Part shown: positions 56,956 to 64,000 of the stretch, piece after piece | Numbering within the stretch: the stretch's first letter is position 1 | Layout of the letters: each line of letters starts with the position of its first letter | NCBI GenBank assembly: GCA_016707705.1 | Contig: JADJHD010000001.1 | Location: 382,646-446,645 of the forward strand | Reading direction: 5' to 3' | From: Bacteroidales bacterium | GTDB taxonomy: Bacteria; Bacteroidota; Bacteroidia; Bacteroidales; UBA4417 | Length of the DNA: 64,000 nucleotides | Program-made: the position numbers and the translations under genes | Notes under the pieces: generated by a model | Databases searched by the model: none | What the model saw: only the letters and a program-made list of their open reading frames with translations | What the model was told of the DNA's origin: nothing

Positions 56956-57303
56956 TTATTTTCTGAGAACATGAACAAGTGCATGAATTACACCTGGTAA
57001 TCCACAAAGTAATGTTAGTATAACATTGACAATGAAAGGCTTGCCAGCTTCATTATACTTAAGGTAAACAGCCAATGGAGGAAGAAGGAAAGCCAGGATC
57101 ACGAGCAAAATGATATCATCATCAGATTCTGATTTTGAAGTCTGCTTTGCCTGATTTTGCTGGGTGGCATCAGACTCACTCTTAACGACTATCTCCTTCT
57201 GATTTTGCTTTCCTGGAAAAGCAGCGTCAACGGATTGAATAAAACCGAAAACAAAGAAAACGAGAAGCAGAGGTGCTACAACTTTAAGTAATAAACTTTT
57301 CAT
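56956..57303 (-). CDS. YqaE/Pmp3-family proteolipid with an N-terminal signal peptide and acidic/polar extension
   Basis: C-terminal IILLVILAFLLPPLAVYLKY…VNVILTLLCGLPGVIHALVHVL is the Pmp3/UPF0057 pattern. Likely start MKSLLLKV at 57303. Confidence 0.7.
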   Translation of the reverse strand: MKSLLLKVVAPLLLVFFVFGFIQSVDAAFPGKQNQKEIVVKSESDATQQNQAKQTSKSESDDDIILLVILAFLLPPLAVYLKYNEAGKPFIVNVILTLLCGLPGVIHALVHVLRK

Positions 57304-57366
57304 ACAAATAGGGATATAGTTTGACATTTATTTAATTTCGCTATCAAATATAACGCAAAATCGATC

Positions 57367-58245
57367 ATGCGAAACACCCTCATTTTATTTTTTTTCTTTA
57401 TTATCGAATTCACATTTGCCCAGGTAACAGAATTAACTGGAGCAATTTTGATCGGAAAATCAGAATTGATGAGTTACATGATTGTATATGAAATCAATGA
57501 GAATAATCAGATATCCGGATACTCAGTAGCTGATCTTAATGGGATATCAGAAACAAAAGCCAAAATATCTGGTGAATACAATCCAAAAAAGAAATCTTTG
57601 AGATTCGAGGAGAAGAAAATTATCAGCTCTTTGGTAAAGATTCCATTTGGAGATTTTTGTCTGATGAAAGTAAATGGAAAGTTTGAGAAAAAGAACGGTA
57701 AGCACATCTTCACTGGAAAATTTATTTCTGCCGCATCCAACACCAAGCTAAGCTGTGACTCAGGTACTATAATTATGACCACTGCACAAGAGATTTATGA
57801 AATTGCAGCCAAAGCAAGTAAAATAATAGATAAAATGCCTTTGCCTGACAGTGTCAGTAAAGCCCTTAATGAAAAGATCGGCCCAATAAAAGGTGTTGAA
57901 AAAGTAAAAACAGTTTTACCCGGAAGTATTACTGAGTACACCATTAAGACTGATACAATTCAATTGGATATTTTAGATGATATGCTGGAAGATGGAGATA
58001 AAATTTCCATTTATAAAAACAATTCGAAGATAGTTTCAGAGCTCGCAACTACCAATGAGGTGAAGACGATGAGATTTGGAGTTCCAAGGGATGAGAAAGT
58101 TGTAGTTTTTACAATTGTTGCTTGCAATGAAGGGACCTCTCCTCCTAATACCATTAAAGTAGTACTGACTAATGGCAAACAAAAGGAACTGATTATAGCC
58201 CAACTGCGCAAAGACCAAACAATCAAAATAATGCTCAAAAGATGA
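57367..58245 (+). CDS. Hypothetical secreted protein (292 aa)
   Basis: Signal peptide MRNTLILFFFFIIEFTFAQ. No recognisable domain. Confidence 0.6.
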   Translation: MRNTLILFFFFIIEFTFAQVTELTGAILIGKSELMSYMIVYEINENNQISGYSVADLNGISETKAKISGEYNPKKKSLRFEEKKIISSLVKIPFGDFCLMKVNGKFEKKNGKHIFTGKFISAASNTKLSCDSGTIIMTTAQEIYEIAAKASKIIDKMPLPDSVSKALNEKIGPIKGVEKVKTVLPGSITEYTIKTDTIQLDILDDMLEDGDKISIYKNNSKIVSELATTNEVKTMRFGVPRDEKVVVFTIVACNEGTSPPNTIKVVLTNGKQKELIIAQLRKDQTIKIMLKR

Positions 58246-58337
58246 AACTTTTCAAGCTTTCAATCTAAATATGGTTGAAAGGTCAGAAGATAATATCTGA
58301 ATGGATGATAGGATTTCAAAACGATACTGTTCATCAA

Positions 58338-58367
58338 TAAAAAAGGGGCTTGAAAGCCCCTTTTTTA
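58338..58367. terminator. Bidirectional rho-independent terminator between convergent genes
   Basis: A7-GGGGCT-tgaa-AGCCCC-T6. Confidence 0.85.
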
Positions 58368-58384
58368 TTGATTCTTATTTCAGA

Positions 58385-58948
58385 CTAAAGCTTCACCGCA
58401 ATTCCAAGGTTCAGGTAGGAAATTCCATAACCTAACTCAAGCATTCCGGCAAATTTATCTGAGAAGTAATAACGTCCTCCGGCGAACCATGACCAGGTTA
58501 CACCACCGTAACTGTCAGAAGAATAACCAGTTTGAATTGTTCCATACTCTTTGTTGGTAGCTATCCAGTAGCCTAACAGGATTCCGGTATAGGTATCCAG
58601 TTTATCCAAAAAATTATAATGCAGGTATCCTCTTGGACCTATAATAATATTGGTGTATTTCCATCCATATGTACCACCACCCCAGTTGTATTCTGATTTA
58701 AAGCCTGAATAACCAAGGTATCCGCCAACACCTAAAGCACCTTTACCATCAAACAATTCATCCTTAACACAAACTTCCAATGATGCTGATAACGGAGGAG
58801 TTGTGCTCTTATAGTATGAGCCACTATAAAGGGTTGATCCTAAACCAATACCCAAGTTCAATACTTTATCTCCCTTGGCAATTGGTTGTGCATTGGCCAG
58901 AATTCCACAGGCAAACAATGCAACTAACAATAATCCTTTAATTTTCAT
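58385..58948 (-). CDS. Small outer-membrane beta-barrel protein (porin-family/OmpW-like)
   Basis: Signal peptide MKIKGLLLVALFACGILANAQ. Gly/Tyr-rich alternating strands. Confidence 0.65.
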   Translation of the reverse strand: MKIKGLLLVALFACGILANAQPIAKGDKVLNLGIGLGSTLYSGSYYKSTTPPLSASLEVCVKDELFDGKGALGVGGYLGYSGFKSEYNWGGGTYGWKYTNIIIGPRGYLHYNFLDKLDTYTGILLGYWIATNKEYGTIQTGYSSDSYGGVTWSWFAGGRYYFSDKFAGMLELGYGISYLNLGIAVKL

Positions 58949-59163
58949 GTCTTAAAGTTTTAAGTTTAACATTTGGTTTTAACAAATATACGACTGAAAG
59001 CAGAAATAAGGAACTAGTTTGGGCAGTAATCAGAAAAAGATTTCAACATTGATTTATTAATAAATTCCATAAAAACCCCTTAAAATAGGGAGAAGTTCAA
59101 ACCCGAGATAGCTCTTTTGCAAAACAACATAAGCCTGAAAATAACCCAAAACTAAATAATTCA

Positions 59164-60309
59164 TTAAGGATTTGAATCCACATCAGATTCAATCCAGTTA
59201 TAAAGAGAATCCCTTTCAACGGGAATCATGCCTGCATCTCTGATAAGTTGTTTTAATTCTTCCGATCCCAATGCCGGATTCTGGTCATCAGCTCCAGCCA
59301 TGGAGTATATTTTTGTAGAGTCATTTATTGTCCCGTCAAGATCATCAACTCCAAAGGAAAGCGACAAAGCTGCCATTTGTTTTCCAATCATTGGCCAATA
59401 AGCCTTCAGATGAGGAATATTGTCAAGGAATATTCTCGACACTGCATAATTACGAAGATCTTCCAAAACACTCACCTCTCCTACCCAGGAGAGTTCGTTA
59501 TTCTTACTCTTAAATTTAAGAGGAATGAAGGCATTAAATCCGGAAGTTTTATCCTGAAGGTTTCTCAGTCTCAATAGGTGGTCAACCCTGTGTTCATATT
59601 TCTCAACATGTCCGTAGAGAATAGTACAGTTTGTAGGAATTCCGTTTCTATGAGCAACTTCATGAACTTCTAGCCAAGCTTCGGAAGTAGATTTTTTACC
59701 ACAAATCACCTCACGGACCTTTTCATCAAAGATTTCAGCACCACCTCCTGGCAGACTGTTCAACCCAGCTTCTTTCAGGATGGCATAACCCTCATCAAGA
59801 CTCAATCCGGCCTTCTTTACCATGTATTCAATTTCAATCGCGGTAAAGGCCTTGATATGAATTTCGGGTCGGGTTTCCCTCACTTTCCTGATCAACTCAG
59901 CATAGTAATGTATATCTCGTCCCGGATGAACTGCTCCCACGATATGCACCTCTGTTATTTCATCACCCAGGTTCCTGACAGTTTCAACCATTTCAGAAAT
60001 AGTGAGTTCCCAGGATTCTTTACTCTGATGATGAGAATAGGAGCAAAACTTGCAATCGTACACACAGATATTTGTTGGCTCAATGTGCACGTTTCTATTG
60101 TAAAAGGCATATTTGCCATTTATCGATTGCCTGACAAAATCAGCTAGTATTGATAAAAATGGCAGATCCGCATGATAATACAGCTCAATAGCTTCTTCAG
60201 CAGTGATTCGTTGTTTATTAAGAACTTTTGAAGCGATTAACTTAAGCGATTCGGTATAGTTCGGTGATTTCAATATCAGTTCAGTGTATCCCATTTCTTT
60301 TATTTGCAT
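59164..60309 (-). CDS. Radical SAM futalosine-pathway enzyme (MqnE/MqnC family; N-terminal pattern favours aminofutalosine synthase MqnE)
   Basis: NRNVHIEPTNICVYDCKFCSY (CxxxCxxC)…GGGAEIF…FIPLKF. Gene context with mqnD and mqnB. Confidence 0.8.
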   Translation of the reverse strand: MQIKEMGYTELILKSPNYTESLKLIASKVLNKQRITAEEAIELYYHADLPFLSILADFVRQSINGKYAFYNRNVHIEPTNICVYDCKFCSYSHHQSKESWELTISEMVETVRNLGDEITEVHIVGAVHPGRDIHYYAELIRKVRETRPEIHIKAFTAIEIEYMVKKAGLSLDEGYAILKEAGLNSLPGGGAEIFDEKVREVICGKKSTSEAWLEVHEVAHRNGIPTNCTILYGHVEKYEHRVDHLLRLRNLQDKTSGFNAFIPLKFKSKNNELSWVGEVSVLEDLRNYAVSRIFLDNIPHLKAYWPMIGKQMAALSLSFGVDDLDGTINDSTKIYSMAGADDQNPALGSEELKQLIRDAGMIPVERDSLYNWIESDVDSNP

Positions 60310-60311
60310 TC

Positions 60312-62231
60312 TTAATCCAGGTTATGGAAAACAACTACCTTTTCTGTTTGAACAGATTCACCCTGTACAATTTTTACAAAAAAGAAATTACCTCCTTCAG
60401 GCATGGCGATTTTAATTGCTGTCCCTTCGGCAGAAGAATGGTCTATTGTTCTCAATAATTTACCTCCTGCAGAATATATTTCTATTTTGGTAGATGCTTG
60501 ATTATTCAAATCAGTAAGCAGGGTAACTTCTCCCAGGGTCGGATTAGGATACAAAAGCGATTTCACTTCAATGTATTCCTCCCTGACCAGCGAATCAGAG
60601 CCGTAGTTATTTGTCACTGTTAGTTTTACATAGTATTTGCCAAAAGTATTATATCGAATCCCTGATGGATTCTGTTCGTTTGATGAGGAAGGTTCTCCCC
60701 CTTCAAAACTCCACCTCCATAGATTTGGCAATCCCGAGGAGCGGTCATAGAAGTTTAGTGAATTACCAATTTTTATTACGGTTGTATCAGTTTCAAAATC
60801 AGCAACAGCAAGCTTATCATTGAAAGCTCCTTCCATAGAAGTGCGACCTTCATTCATCGGATCAAGCCAGGGTTCCAATTGCATAGTATCACTCAATCCA
60901 TTTGAAATCCATGAATAACTTATTTTACCATAAAAGTCGGTGGCTGCTGTGTTACTGCAAGCTGACTCTCCTCCTGTCAAGGTACCAATTATCAATCCAT
61001 CTCCATTATAAAGTGGAGAGCCTGAGGATCCTGCTTCTGTAACACCAAAGCCATTTGCAGTTGCACCCCATTTAACAATCCAATGGGTATTGGGAGTAGA
61101 TTGCCAGGTTCCTGACCCCAAAGCTGTTGAATAGGTTGAAATCTTCTTGATATCTCCTTGAGGATGATGGATGCCGACACCAGAAGATGGAGTTGCTGCT
61201 GACAGACTCCAGCCATTGAAATAGGTGTGATAGGATGCAGGAATATCCTGCTTAAGGCGTATCAGATAAAAGTCAGAACCTATATCAGTTGGGTTTTGTG
61301 ATGCAGCCAACTTTTCAGCACCAACCATGCTAAGTTCTTCAGGCTCAGCTATAGGATCAGCACAAGTTGCTGATTCGTAAGCAAAATAGAAGACCCATTT
61401 ATTCAGATCAGAAGCACTTGAGACATTACCTGAGCTTTCAGAACAGTGGTTGGCTGTCAATACTATTGGCGAAAAGTCATTGGCTGAATTGTTCATTACA
61501 GTTCCAGTACACCAAAATGCCTGATTCTTTACTCTTGTAAGTATTCTGACCACTCCGGCTGCCTGATTCTTCCAGTTTGCACCCTCTTCGCAATTAAGGT
61601 TAACCTCGCAAGCGCCTGACCCTCCAAAATTGAACAATGATCGGTCTTGCTTTTCACCAAATCCTCTGTAGATATATAGAAGAGAAGCTATTTCAAGGTG
61701 AACTTCTTCCATGTAACCGGCAGGCTGAAAGTATTCAAGAATAATATTATCGCCCTGCACAGGCCGGGAGGTAAACCCCATACCTTTAATATTCTCATTG
61801 GATTTGAAAGCTCCTATTACATGAGTGCGATTCGAATTATAGATAAACAAATCTGATCCGGAGGGCAAATCAAATGAACTGAAGTCAAGTCCTATGGCCT
61901 CTGCTCCTTTACAACTAATTGAAACAAGCCAAATTTTACTACCATCCGGATTAATTATCCAATTCCCTGAATTAGAAATACCAATTTCAGCAGGAACAGT
62001 TACACCTATCCTGTATGGCTTTTCCAATTGAGAGTCCTGAAAATCAAGTGCTTTAAGACTATCCTTATCTGGAGCAAGAATACTCAGCTGTTGAATGCCT
62101 GAGCGCCATCCCTTCTGTTCAAAACTTCTGGGCATTCCACCATCTTCAATCTGACTGTAAACAAAACCAGGGAGACCTGCTAATCCAAACAGGAAGACAA
62201 GAATCAGACTTTGCCGAAGGTTTAAGACCAT
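60312..62231 (-). CDS. T9SS-secreted S1-family (trypsin/lysyl-endopeptidase-like) serine protease with PKD domain and type A CTD
   Basis: Signal peptide. LTANHC (His), DFYLIRL (Asp), TEAGSSGSPLY (Ser). PKD-like segment (WRWSFEGGEPSSS…YYVKLTVTNNYGSD). CTD LYPNPTLGEVTLL…IEIYSAGGKLL…FFFVKIVQGESVQTEKVVVF. Confidence 0.85.
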   Translation of the reverse strand: MVLNLRQSLILVFLFGLAGLPGFVYSQIEDGGMPRSFEQKGWRSGIQQLSILAPDKDSLKALDFQDSQLEKPYRIGVTVPAEIGISNSGNWIINPDGSKIWLVSISCKGAEAIGLDFSSFDLPSGSDLFIYNSNRTHVIGAFKSNENIKGMGFTSRPVQGDNIILEYFQPAGYMEEVHLEIASLLYIYRGFGEKQDRSLFNFGGSGACEVNLNCEEGANWKNQAAGVVRILTRVKNQAFWCTGTVMNNSANDFSPIVLTANHCSESSGNVSSASDLNKWVFYFAYESATCADPIAEPEELSMVGAEKLAASQNPTDIGSDFYLIRLKQDIPASYHTYFNGWSLSAATPSSGVGIHHPQGDIKKISTYSTALGSGTWQSTPNTHWIVKWGATANGFGVTEAGSSGSPLYNGDGLIIGTLTGGESACSNTAATDFYGKISYSWISNGLSDTMQLEPWLDPMNEGRTSMEGAFNDKLAVADFETDTTVIKIGNSLNFYDRSSGLPNLWRWSFEGGEPSSSNEQNPSGIRYNTFGKYYVKLTVTNNYGSDSLVREEYIEVKSLLYPNPTLGEVTLLTDLNNQASTKIEIYSAGGKLLRTIDHSSAEGTAIKIAMPEGGNFFFVKIVQGESVQTEKVVVFHNLD

Positions 62232-62302
62232 AAAATATCATTATTTGACAAAAATACAGATTCTTGTTGTACAAATCAGGTTTGGCGCAGCAGATGTACA
62301 CT

Positions 62303-63130
62303 CTACCCGAAGTAAACTCCATTCGGAATACCGGATATCAAACCTTTCTCTACTGCTTTAGCGAAAAGGGTATTTACCGCGGCGCGACCCCCATCACCAA
62401 GACTAAGGCTATATTTATTAACATAAAGCCTTATATGCTGCATCATTACTTCCTCACTCATCTCCTGAGCATTACATCTGATAAAATCATTTATATTATC
62501 ACTGGAGAATGCATAGTCAATACTTCTTTTCAAGGATCTCTGAAACTTTGCGATTACATCAGCAGAAAGTCTCTTATTTGCAACAATTCCACCCAAGGGA
62601 ATAGGCATCCCGGTTAAATTCTCCCAAAACTCCCCGAGATCAGCAATCTTGAGTAAGCCCTTGCTGGCATAGGTAAAGCGGTTTTCATGAATAATCACAC
62701 CTGCATCCACAACTTTATTCAGTACGGCATATTCAATGTCGGAAAAAACCATCTCCTTTCGCAGAACTTCTCCTTCCAGAGCAAGTGAAAAAAGCAAGTT
62801 GGCAGTAGTATATTTTCCCGGGACAGCGACAACTTTCCCCTTTAAATCCAGTAATTTATAAGGGAGGGAACCTATTACCAGCGGACCTGTGCCATAGCCT
62901 AGAGCAGAGCCTGCATCGAGTAAAATGTAATAATCAGTTAGATACAGAAATGCATGGTAACTCACTTTAGTGATATCAAGCAATTCAGAAAATGCCTTCT
63001 TGTTGAGCTCCTCCACATCAGCCATAATAAACTCAAAGTCAAGTCCTTCCGTGTCTATCTTATGATGGACAAGTGCATCAAATATATATGTATCATTTGG
63101 GCAGGGAGAAAACCCAAGCGTCAATTTCAT
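62303..63130 (-). CDS. mqnD: 1,4-dihydroxy-6-naphthoate synthase
   Basis: MKLTLGFSPCPNDTYIFDALVHHKIDTEGLDFEFIMADVEELNKKA is the characteristic MqnD N-terminus. Confidence 0.85.
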   Translation of the reverse strand: MKLTLGFSPCPNDTYIFDALVHHKIDTEGLDFEFIMADVEELNKKAFSELLDITKVSYHAFLYLTDYYILLDAGSALGYGTGPLVIGSLPYKLLDLKGKVVAVPGKYTTANLLFSLALEGEVLRKEMVFSDIEYAVLNKVVDAGVIIHENRFTYASKGLLKIADLGEFWENLTGMPIPLGGIVANKRLSADVIAKFQRSLKRSIDYAFSSDNINDFIRCNAQEMSEEVMMQHIRLYVNKYSLSLGDGGRAAVNTLFAKAVEKGLISGIPNGVYFG

Positions 63131-63224
63131 CAGAGAGACGATTAGTATTATTAACTCAGAAAGATCCTTAATCAGCTATATTTTAACTCCATTGATCCTG
63201 AAGTGTTGTTAAGATCAATAAATA

Positions 63225-63920
63225 TTATGCGTCACCAGCGTCCAATTGAGCGAGAAACTTTAATAAAAATGCATTTAAGTTACTGATTGCCAATTTAATG
63301 TTCCACTTCTCAGTATTTCTGACTTCAACTTTATTGGAAACTGACCTTATTTGCAGAAATTGAACTCCATATTGCAGGCAAACATACATAAAAGCTGCCC
63401 CTTCCATGGATTCAACCAATGGCTGAAAAAGCCTGGTAAATTTCTGAATACTCAATTCATTACCATGCACAGTATTCACAGTTGCACCTTCAACCCGGGG
63501 AATGTCCAATTCCTTCAGAAGTTCGTCTTTATAAGGATTAACAAGCTTTCCATCTGAGAAAGGAAACCGCTGAGGATCTTCAAGTTTCAGATCAAACCAG
63601 GGAATAAATGAGTCTGAAGATTCTGAACCAATTTCTGGAAACGAATCTGATACAACATTCACAACTGAACCAATTGAAATAGAATCGTTAAAGCAACCGC
63701 AGATGCCAGCATTAATAACCAGATCAGGTTTATTCGAATTAAGATATTTACCAAGAAAAAAAGTGGTATGAATCATTCCAACACCAGTTACAAGAACATC
63801 TATTGTATTCTCAGCATACTCATAGCGGGTGATTTCATTCGACAATCGCTGTCCCTTTCCTAAGTGAAATAAGAAAGGAGCAATCTCGATATCTGTAGCT
63901 GAAACCAGTAACAATTTCAT
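63225..63920 (-). CDS. mqnB: Futalosine hydrolase (PNP_UDP_1 / MTA-nucleosidase-like)
   Basis: Likely start MKLLLVSATDIEIAPF at 63920. …VLVTGVGM…VINAGICG…VESMEGAAF…SVSNKV. Adjacent to mqnD. Confidence 0.75.
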   Translation of the reverse strand: MKLLLVSATDIEIAPFLFHLGKGQRLSNEITRYEYAENTIDVLVTGVGMIHTTFFLGKYLNSNKPDLVINAGICGCFNDSISIGSVVNVVSDSFPEIGSESSDSFIPWFDLKLEDPQRFPFSDGKLVNPYKDELLKELDIPRVEGATVNTVHGNELSIQKFTRLFQPLVESMEGAAFMYVCLQYGVQFLQIRSVSNKVEVRNTEKWNIKLAISNLNAFLLKFLAQLDAGDA

Positions 63921-64000
63921 TTCAAAACCTTTATTGGAAATTATCCAGGCTGACTTATCAAAACCCAAATAAACTCATGCACTTCTTATAAATGTCAGTA

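Overview
This is a 64-kb chromosomal segment of a low-GC (about 40%) Bacteroidota-type genome. The assignment rests on T9SS type A and type B C-terminal sorting domains, two PorP/SprF genes, a GWxTD protein, a TPP riboswitch ahead of a TonB-dependent receptor, and futalosine-pathway menaquinone genes. About two thirds is ordinary housekeeping: FAD/Fe-S oxidoreductase, NUDIX, aroQ, smpB, yhdH-like, gpsA-like, nadC, rlmH, rdgB, ddl, a PASTA protein, rluD, mqn genes and two tRNA-Ser. There is also a small Fuc4NAc-type (wecE/wecF-like) glycan cassette. The accessory part is two minus-strand sprB/sprF-like T9SS adhesin loci. Locus A (3417-22149) runs: a ~2,530-codon PKD/HYR adhesin, a GC-rich 372-aa secreted protein, a 214-aa secreted protein, a ~1,600-codon repeat adhesin with a type B CTD, PorP/SprF, and an Omp85-like protein. 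Locus B (40917-47232) is a ~1,760-codon SBBP/type-B-CTD adhesin plus PorP/SprF. The most unusual observations are these. (1) A 735-bp GC-rich, ORF-free, hairpin-dense spacer (12441-13175) sits inside locus A and is a candidate large structured RNA or leader. (2) The three locus-A proteins that lack any known T9SS CTD all end in a shared K-[PA]-R-P tail. (3) Eight of the nine reading-frame lesions in the window (seven of eight frameshifts plus the in-frame TAA) fall in the three giant adhesin genes; only the flippase frameshift lies outside them. (4) A T9SS-secreted S1 protease is wedged into the mqn operon. I found no CRISPR array, integrase, transposase, prophage or recognisable defence system. 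All family assignments come from reading motifs, not from database searches.
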